24,000 bases of DNA, taken from assembly GCF_032062175.1 (NCBI RefSeq), contig NZ_DAMBQK010000019.1:43036-67035 (forward strand). Direction: 5' to 3'. Positions 18,935-24,000 of the stretch are shown here, piece after piece (positions within the stretch are counted from its first letter, which is position 1; each line of letters begins with the position of its first letter). The notes below the pieces were generated by a model that saw nothing but the letters and a program-made list of their open reading frames with translations, was not told the DNA's origin and searched no databases. Both the position numbers and the translations under genes were made by a program. This DNA comes from Atlantibacter sp. (GTDB lineage Bacteria > Pseudomonadota > Gammaproteobacteria > Enterobacterales > Enterobacteriaceae).

Positions 18935-20356
18935 TCAGGCGATTTTCACCGCCGGAATGGCCAGCAGCCAGGCGAGTTTTTCCAGCAATGCGCCCTGATG
19001 GCCGATGCCAATCGCGCAGTGGTGCGATGGGCCACCGAGGCTCCAGCGGGTGGTAAAATCCCGGGCGCTGACGGGGAAGCGGTAACGGCTATTGGTATTG
19101 CCGATATCCAGTGTCTCACCCGCCACGGCCTCGCCTTCGGCATATTGCAGGATCACGCGGTTATCCGCGTCTTCCACCACCGATAAAAACGTTACCGGAC
19201 CGGGTTTGACCGTCATTTGGATCGACACGCCCTTACCGGGTTTACCGTGATACACCGGCAGCGGCACCAGACGCACCTCGCCGTCCGCCATCAGCGGATG
19301 CGCCGGGCCGTCGTGGCCCCACAGCACCACATCATCGTGGAATTCGATCCCGTAAGGTTCCGAGAACGAACCGCCCGCGCCCAGCAGTTGCATGATTTTC
19401 ATCGCCAGCACGTTTTTGATTTCGTACTCGCCCGCCACCGGGATGCCGCGCCCGGTGAGCAGCGTCGTTCCCATGATCACTGAAGTAATGATATTCTCAT
19501 AGGCGTTGCCGTTGCGTCCTTCGTAGTAATAGGCCAGCGCCGCCAGCTGGTTATTTTCCACCAGGGCATCCAGCGCGCAGGCGGTTTGCACCGCGCGATC
19601 GAGCTCTGCTTGCTCGCAGGCCGGATCGATATGCATCGCCTGTTCCAGCTCCTGCCATTTGGCCTGGGTTTGCGCCAGCGTGACGTTTTCCCGGTACTCC
19701 GCCACCTCGCACATCTCCAGCGGCTTAAAGCGCACGCCGAGCCGGGCCGACAGATTGGTCATGTTGCTGTAAACATCGACCATGCCATCGTAGTAATGTC
19801 CCAGCACGCCTACCTGTGCAGCCGCCAGCGCTCGCTTCACTTTTACCGCGTTAAGCCAGGCGTCGGCCTCCTGCCAGACGGTGTCATCGTCTTCCAGCGC
19901 GCCAACTAACAGCTGATAACGAATACCCGCGCGGTTAAACACGTTCGCCAGTTCCGGCGCGCTGCATGCCTGGCAATGGGCCAGCCATTCCCCGGTGCGG
20001 GCACCGCGATCGGCGAGGGCGCGGATCGCGGCGTAAGGCAGGCCGGGTTCCGGCTGAAGCGCCAGAATAATCACCGGCTTGTTGAGGCGCTGCACCAGCG
20101 GCAGCACCGTGGCGCTGAGAGCGTAGGTGCTGATATAGAGGCAGATCGCGTCAACCGGCTGGTTGTTAATTTCGGCAGCGAAGGCGTCGGCTTTGGCGAC
20201 GTTATCGATCAGGCCGCCGTTAATGATGTGACGTTCAGGGGAGGAAAGGCGCTGGTGGATGCGCGACAGATAATCCGTCAGACGCTGTTCGAGCCCACTA
20301 AATTGCGGCCAGTAAGTGTCCAGGCCAATCCCAAAAAGTGCGATATTTATCGTCAT
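18935..20356 (-). CDS. L-arabinose isomerase (AraA) family sugar isomerase, substrate unknown
   Basis: The 473-aa ORF shows blockwise similarity to E. coli AraA as recalled. [18 protein letters not shown] matches [30 protein letters not shown] matches [24 protein letters not shown] matches [25 protein letters not shown] matches WILAGGAHHTVFS. These blocks contain the positions of the four Mn ligands (E306, E333, H350, H450 in AraA), all conserved. An SD GGAG lies 7 nt upstream of the ATG. Confidence 0.8.
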   Translation of the reverse strand: MTINIALFGIGLDTYWPQFSGLEQRLTDYLSRIHQRLSSPERHIINGGLIDNVAKADAFAAEINNQPVDAICLYISTYALSATVLPLVQRLNKPVIILALQPEPGLPYAAIRALADRGARTGEWLAHCQACSAPELANVFNRAGIRYQLLVGALEDDDTVWQEADAWLNAVKVKRALAAAQVGVLGHYYDGMVDVYSNMTNLSARLGVRFKPLEMCEVAEYRENVTLAQTQAKWQELEQAMHIDPACEQAELDRAVQTACALDALVENNQLAALAYYYEGRNGNAYENIITSVIMGTTLLTGRGIPVAGEYEIKNVLAMKIMQLLGAGGSFSEPYGIEFHDDVVLWGHDGPAHPLMADGEVRLVPLPVYHGKPGKGVSIQMTVKPGPVTFLSVVEDADNRVILQYAEGEAVAGETLDIGNTNSRYRFPVSARDFTTRWSLGGPSHHCAIGIGHQGALLEKLAWLLAIPAVKIA

Positions 20357-20386
20357 TTTTTGCTCCAGGGAACATGAGGAGCATCG

Positions 20387-20480
20387 ACTATGGCCCGTTT
20401 ACCCGGCAGCTACCTTCGTATTTTTGCCATCCCGGCAAGTACCTGGCAGAAAAACCGTTATCGCTGTGAAGCGCCTCGCA
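20387..20480 (-). promoter_or_regulatory. Candidate RhaS/CRP-dependent promoter of the AraA-like isomerase gene
   Basis: A -10-like CATAGT (20387-20392, - strand) is followed after 19 nt by ACCTTCGTATTTTTGCC (20412-20428). Then come 16 bp, GGCAGAAAAACCGTTAT (20445-20461), 3 bp and TGTGAagcgccTCGCA (20465-20480). The order and spacing are the same as at PrhaBAD and PrhaT in this window. Confidence 0.55.
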
Positions 20481-20525
20481 AACTGACTTATTCCTGTTGT
20501 GAATAACCTTATAATAAATGCGGCA

Positions 20526-20563
20526 TTGATAAACATTTTCAATATCATTTAATTAACTATAAT
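20526..20563 (+). promoter_or_regulatory. sodA promoter region with Fur box and ArcA box
   Basis: TTGATAAACATTTTCAATATCATTTAATTAACTATAAT aligns with the E. coli sodA promoter as recalled. The Fur-box-like element is GATAAACATTTTCAATATCATT. The ArcA-box is AGTTAATTAA on the - strand (20549-20558). The -10 is TATAAT (20558-20563). Confidence 0.7.
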
Positions 20564-20640
20564 GATCCCACTGATTACGCGGCGTTAACACACCGGTTCT
20601 GAAAAGTCCGTTTGCCGCCCGACAATAATGGAGATGAAAA

Positions 20641-21258
20641 ATGAGCTATACACTGCCATCCCTGCCTTACGCTTATGACGCCCTGGAACCGCATTTCGAT
20701 AAGCAAACGATGGAAATCCATCACACCAAACACCACCAGACCTACGTCAACAACGCTAACGCAGCGCTGGAGTCTCTGCCTGAATTCGCTAACCTGCCGG
20801 TAGAAGAACTGATCGCTAAACTGGATCAGGTTCCGGCTGACAAGAAAACCGTACTGCGCAACAACGCAGGCGGCCACGCGAACCACAGCCTGTTCTGGAA
20901 AGGCCTGAAAACCGGCACCACGCTGCAGGGCGACCTGAAAGCGGCTATCGAACGCGATTTCGGTTCCGTGGAAAAATTCAAAGAAGATTTTGAGAAAGCG
21001 GCGGCAACGCGCTTCGGCTCCGGCTGGGCGTGGCTGGTGCTGCAGGGCGACAAACTGGCTGTGGTGTCTACCGCAAACCAGGACAGCCCGCTGATGGGCG
21101 AAGCCATCTCTGGCGCATCCGGCTTCCCTATTCTGGGCCTGGACGTGTGGGAACACGCTTACTACCTGAAATATCAGAACAAACGTCCTGACTACATCAA
21201 AGCCTTCTGGGAAGTGGTGAACTGGGACGAAGCTGCTGCACGTTTTGCCGCTAAGTAA
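20641..21258 (+). CDS. sodA: Manganese superoxide dismutase
   Basis: The 205-aa ORF reads [40 protein letters not shown]...[36 protein letters not shown]. This is near-identical to E. coli SodA. An SD GGAG is present. Confidence 0.98.
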   Translation: MSYTLPSLPYAYDALEPHFDKQTMEIHHTKHHQTYVNNANAALESLPEFANLPVEELIAKLDQVPADKKTVLRNNAGGHANHSLFWKGLKTGTTLQGDLKAAIERDFGSVEKFKEDFEKAAATRFGSGWAWLVLQGDKLAVVSTANQDSPLMGEAISGASGFPILGLDVWEHAYYLKYQNKRPDYIKAFWEVVNWDEAAARFAAK

Positions 21259-21278
21259 TTCCTGTCAGGTTTACTTTA

Positions 21279-21311
21279 AAACGCCTGATGTATTACATCA
21301 GGCGTTTTTTT
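21279..21311 (+). terminator. sodA rho-independent terminator
   Basis: The sequence is AAACGCCTGATG-tattac-ATCAGGCGTTTTTTTT, a roughly 10-bp stem followed by a T7 run, 20 nt after the sodA stop. Confidence 0.9.
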
Positions 21312-21456
21312 CTTCACAAATGAAATGCCCACCGCTTCTTTTATCATGCTAATAGCCTGCTTAACCTGAATTCCGGCAAGTGGCTGGATCAAAATATACC
21401 TTCGCCTATAGAAGCGACTTACACTCTCATAGTTAACTCATTTCTGTTCTGATTTT

Positions 21457-21840
21457 TTAATAAACGGCTCGATGATTCCATTCATCGGTATAAATGATAT
21501 TGCCGTCGCAGTGTTTCCATGTAATTTTCTCGTAGCGCAGTAGAACAGTTTCAAGATGCATGCCTGTAGATGCTCCGGGGTAAAGATCAGGCGTAATCGA
21601 CGTGAGTTTCACATTTCCCAGAATGAGGTTGAAATATTCTCTCTCCATCCCTGCATCTGTAATCATATACATTTTTATTATCGCTTTGAGGTAAAGCGTG
21701 GAAAAAGCCAAATCAAAACAATAACCGTAATCAATGTTAATAGCAGACAATGGTCTGGGAATAGATGGAACCATAACAGAGCAAAAGCTATTACTAACGC
21801 GGGGAAAACCACGCTTTCTAATAATAGCGTTATTAAACTT
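21457..21840 (-). pseudogene. hcp: Decayed Hcp/TssD (type VI secretion tube protein) homologue
   Basis: The C-terminal 60 aa (KMYMITDAGMEREYFNLILGNVKLTSITPDLYPGASTGMHLETVLLRYEKITWKHCDGNIIYTDEWNHRA) closely resemble the enterobacterial Hcp C-terminus as I recall it (KWYKINDAGQEVEYFN.KLENVK...ELRYEKITWTYKDGNIIHSDSWNERA). Three features point to decay. No SD precedes the ATG at 21774. The frame stays open upstream to the TAA at 21841-21843. The segment after the ..SSPYLYKA..-like stretch (DLAFSTLYLKAI) lacks about 11 residues. The region is AT-rich. Confidence 0.6.
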
Positions 21841-22554
21841 TTAAACATCAAAGTTGCCTTGTATGAAATCTGTCAATTGATTAAGGTTCGAGAAGATTTT
21901 TGATTTCACTTTTTTAATAATTTCAGAAAGCATCGGCTCGATAAAATAATAAAGCATTTCAAGCTTTTCCTGATACAGAACCCAATAATATTCGGGATCC
22001 ATAACTTTAAGGTATCGGGCAGCAAGGGCGCATTTTTGTTGAATCCCATAGAACTGAAGCGCAAAAACCGCTTGAGGGAGTTTAGCCGATAAACGTTCAA
22101 CAACGATTTTAGACATGAAGCCAGACTGAGAAAGCGCAACAGAAGCTGCTGCCGCAAAAGCATACCGCGTCCCTCCAGCAACATTCATATGGGAGGCCAC
22201 ACCTGCCATCTTTTTGATCAATTTACGAGCCGATCCTTCGGAATTGCCTTTCTCAACATCATCACATACCATTTTGAAATACAAATAAAGCATGTATGCA
22301 ATAACATCCCGATGACGATATATAGACTCGATAGAATAGAGCGAGCGTATTTCTTCGGACTTGAGCTCCTGGCAAACATCATTGTATTGCGGTATAAAGT
22401 ACGATGAATACCAACTGGCCCGTTCAATATCGGCATAAATATCAGATGCAACCCCTTTTGCCGAATGTAAAACTCCCCCAATTGCATTTTGAGTCGTTAA
22501 AGCTATTTGCCTGTCGGCCTGATATTTTATCCTTAAATAATCGGATGCTTGCAT
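21841..22554 (-). CDS. Hypothetical protein, 237 aa, no recognised family. It is predicted to be soluble and largely helical. The last ~20 aa may be the displaced Hcp N-terminus.
   Basis: It is the longest ORF in the AT-rich islet. An SD AAGGA lies 7 nt before the ATG. A candidate -10 TACAAT sits at 22588-22593 (- strand). There is no signal peptide or clear TM segment. I recognise no catalytic motif. It is in the same reading frame as the downstream Hcp remnant. Confidence 0.55.
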   Translation of the reverse strand: MQASDYLRIKYQADRQIALTTQNAIGGVLHSAKGVASDIYADIERASWYSSYFIPQYNDVCQELKSEEIRSLYSIESIYRHRDVIAYMLYLYFKMVCDDVEKGNSEGSARKLIKKMAGVASHMNVAGGTRYAFAAAASVALSQSGFMSKIVVERLSAKLPQAVFALQFYGIQQKCALAARYLKVMDPEYYWVLYQEKLEMLYYFIEPMLSEIIKKVKSKIFSNLNQLTDFIQGNFDV

Positions 22555-22743
22555 ACTATATCCTTACGAATAATGAAAACTGACAGTATTGTACGCCTGT
22601 ATTTTATGTTAATAAAAATATTTACCAAAATCAGATTTTATCATTTTTCCTCATCTCAAATTCGCCTTAATGAATTAGAAAGTGAGTAAGAACTATTTTT
22701 AACGTATGCCACTAAAAATAAGCTTGCAATATTGCATTAATAG

Positions 22744-22768
22744 AGCGAGCCTGAGGCTCGCTTTTTTT
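22744..22768 (+). terminator. Orphan + strand rho-independent terminator just upstream of yiiM
   Basis: The sequence is AGCGAGCC-tga-GGCTCGCT followed by a T7 run. No + strand gene lies upstream of it for about 1.4 kb, and sodA has its own terminator. Confidence 0.7.
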
Positions 22769-22790
22769 GTATCCGCATAAGGAGCAGCAG

Positions 22791-23480
22791 ATGCATTATC
22801 CCGCAGACATTTACATCGGCCTGGTGCGTGATTACCCCGGAAGCCGCCCCAGCGCCATCGCCAAGGTTCAGGTCGAAGGTGCGTTAACCCTGACCGATCT
22901 GGGTCTGGAAGGCGATCAGCAGGCGGAAAAAGTGATCCACGGGGGACCTGATCGCGCGCTATGCCACTATCCCCGCGAGCATTACGCCCAGTGGACGCGT
23001 GAATTCCCGGCGCAGGCGGATCGGTTTGTCGCCCCGGCATTTGGCGAAAATATTTCTACCGTCGGGCTAACCGAGGACAACGTCTATATCGGTGATATTT
23101 TCCGATGGGGTGAGGCGCTGATCCAGGTCACCCAGCCGCGCTCGCCGTGCTTCAAAGTTAACTTCCATTTTGCCATCAGCGATTTGTCATTGCTGATGCA
23201 GCAAACCGCGCGCACCGGCTGGCTATACCGCGTGATCCAGGGCGGCACCGTCAGCGCCGACGCGCCGCTGGAACTGGCGTCGCGCACCAGTGACGTCAGC
23301 ATCCGCGATGCCGCCGCCATCGCCTGGCATATGCCGTTTGATGATGAACAGTATCACCGCCTGCTAAGCGCAGCAGGGCTATCGGTAAGCTGGACCCGAA
23401 CGATGCAAAAAAGGCGTATTTCAGGGCAAATTGAGGATTATTCGCGCCGGTTGTGGGGAAGTGCGAAGCCAGCGGGGTGA
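22791..23480 (+). CDS. yiiM: MOSC-domain protein YiiM (6-N-hydroxylaminopurine detoxification)
   Basis: The ORF is colinear with E. coli YiiM as recalled (M.YP.D.Y.G....YP...PSAIAK.QV.G.L.LT.LGLEGD.QAEK..HGGPDRALCHYPREHY..W.REFP.QA..FVAPAFGEN.ST.GLTE.NVY.GDIFRWGEALIQV.QPRSPC...WHMPFDD.QYHRLLSAAGLS.SWTRTMQKRR.SG.IED.SRRLWG). The start is ATG 22791 after AAGGAG, not the TTG at 22767 in the track. Confidence 0.93.
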   Translation: MHYPADIYIGLVRDYPGSRPSAIAKVQVEGALTLTDLGLEGDQQAEKVIHGGPDRALCHYPREHYAQWTREFPAQADRFVAPAFGENISTVGLTEDNVYIGDIFRWGEALIQVTQPRSPCFKVNFHFAISDLSLLMQQTARTGWLYRVIQGGTVSADAPLELASRTSDVSIRDAAAIAWHMPFDDEQYHRLLSAAGLSVSWTRTMQKRRISGQIEDYSRRLWGSAKPAG

Positions 23481-23560
23481 TGTTTTTTTAGCCTTTCGCT
23501 TGTTAAGTTATCGTTTTAAGCCCATCATCACCTCAATTTCAGCCGATTTTGAGGTGAAGC

Positions 23561-24000
23561 GTGAAGGTTACTCCACCGCCGCAACGATTACCCCTTAGCG
23601 GGATGACGCCAGAATTCATCATGGATTATCTGGTGGAATACCGCCTGAAAGGCACGCCGTACTTGCATTACGATCAACTCAAGCGCCGCATTCGCGACCC
23701 GGAAAAACTGCTTTCTCTTTGGCAGCATATTGTTATGGCGCGCCGTATTTCAGCCACGCAACTTCCCTTGTTGCACATGCGCACCAGCAATCCGTCAGCA
23801 AGGTACTGTATACCGAGGATTAACGTTACCGCGCTGATCCAGAAATCTTGTTCTGTCGTTGACCGTTTAACCTCATCCGCTGCAGAAACCGAACGCTATG
23901 AAAAATTCGACGCGGCGGATTATTTAATGGATGAGTTAACGCTGGCCGAGGCCATTGCCTCCAGTCAGCTGGAAGGCGCGGCTACAACCAGCCGGGTGGC
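23561..24000 (+). CDS. Fic/DOC-family protein (N-terminal part; continues beyond the window end)
   Basis: The frame is open from the stop at 23555-23557 to position 24000 (146 codons, checked by hand) and is absent from the ORF track because it runs off the edge. GTG 23561 lies 6 nt after GAGG; alternative ATGs are at 23603 and 23621. The motif LAEAIASSQLEGAATTSRVA matches the Fic_N signature (E-A-x-x-S-S-x-I/L-E-G) found N-terminal to Fic domains. The catalytic HPFx(D/E)GNGR motif would lie outside the window. Confidence 0.6.
   Translation, partial: MKVTPPPQRLPLSGMTPEFIMDYLVEYRLKGTPYLHYDQLKRRIRDPEKLLSLWQHIVMARRISATQLPLLHMRTSNPSARYCIPRINVTALIQKSCSVVDRLTSSAAETERYEKFDAADYLMDELTLAEAIASSQLEGAATTSRV

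Noticed and set aside
20575-21156. 193-aa minus-strand ORF overlapping sodA
   Set aside because: It is antisense to a near-perfect SodA coding sequence. It would start inside the sodA 5' region without an SD, so it is an artefact.
20430-21387. 17-mer repeat TCCCGGCAAGTACCTGG (20430-20446) and TTCCGGCAAGTGGCTGG (21371-21387) flanking sodA, each near a TACCTTCG octamer. I considered these as possible mobile-cassette ends.
   Set aside because: The match is only 14/17. A rough estimate gives hundreds of 17-mer pairs with three or fewer mismatches expected by chance in a 24-kb window on both strands. The relative order of the two motifs differs at the two sites. sodA is core, with native composition.
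21556-21903. 115-aa + strand ORF within the AT-rich islet
   Set aside because: It overlaps the minus-strand frame that carries the strong Hcp C-terminal similarity. Its translation is low-complexity and lacks an SD. It cannot be fully excluded as a small gene, but nothing supports it.
22699-23040. 113-aa minus-strand ORF overlapping the yiiM 5' half
   Set aside because: It is antisense to the well-supported yiiM frame. The translation is Pro/Arg/Gly-rich, typical of a GC-rich antisense frame.
1-24000. Search for CRISPR repeats, tRNA/rRNA genes, IS elements or inverted terminal repeats, integrase or recombinase genes, and retron or toxin-antitoxin style small ORF pairs
   Set aside because: No regularly spaced direct repeats, no cloverleaf-compatible segments and no transposase- or integrase-like translations were seen in any listed ORF or in the intergenic regions inspected. 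This visual inspection is limited: short or degenerate elements could be missed.

Overview
Chromosomal segment from an enterobacterium; the genus cannot be assigned from the sequence alone. It is GC-rich: a hand count gives 35/60 G+C in sodA. Gene order follows the E. coli K-12 region as I recall it: fdoG-fdhD-frvRXBA-rhaMDAB-rhaSR-rhaT-sodA-yiiM. Core content is: (1) a partial selenoprotein gene fdoG with an in-frame TGA and SECIS hairpin, (2) fdhD, (3) the cryptic frvABXR PTS operon, (4) the rhamnose locus with its divergent control region, (5) sodA, (6) yiiM. Six differences from K-12 stand out. (1) fdhD and frvR overlap convergently, with no yiiG between them. (2) An azlCD-like exporter pair plus a divergent XRE-cupin regulator lies between frvA and rhaM. 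(3) A FucO-like lactaldehyde reductase is translationally coupled inside rhaBAD-rhaM. (4) An L-arabinose-isomerase-family gene lies between rhaT and sodA, and its upstream region repeats the RhaS half-site/CRP layout of the rhaB and rhaT promoters almost base for base. (5) An AT-rich islet of about 1.4 kb (roughly 30-32% G+C in sampled lines) occupies the kdgT position. It carries a 237-aa ORF of unknown family followed, in the same frame after a single TAA, by a decayed Hcp (T6SS tube protein) homologue. (6) A Fic-family ORF runs off the right edge where K-12 has cpxA. No tRNA, rRNA, CRISPR array, IS element or integrase was recognised. Most +/- ORFs in the track that lie antisense to these genes are GC-driven artefacts.
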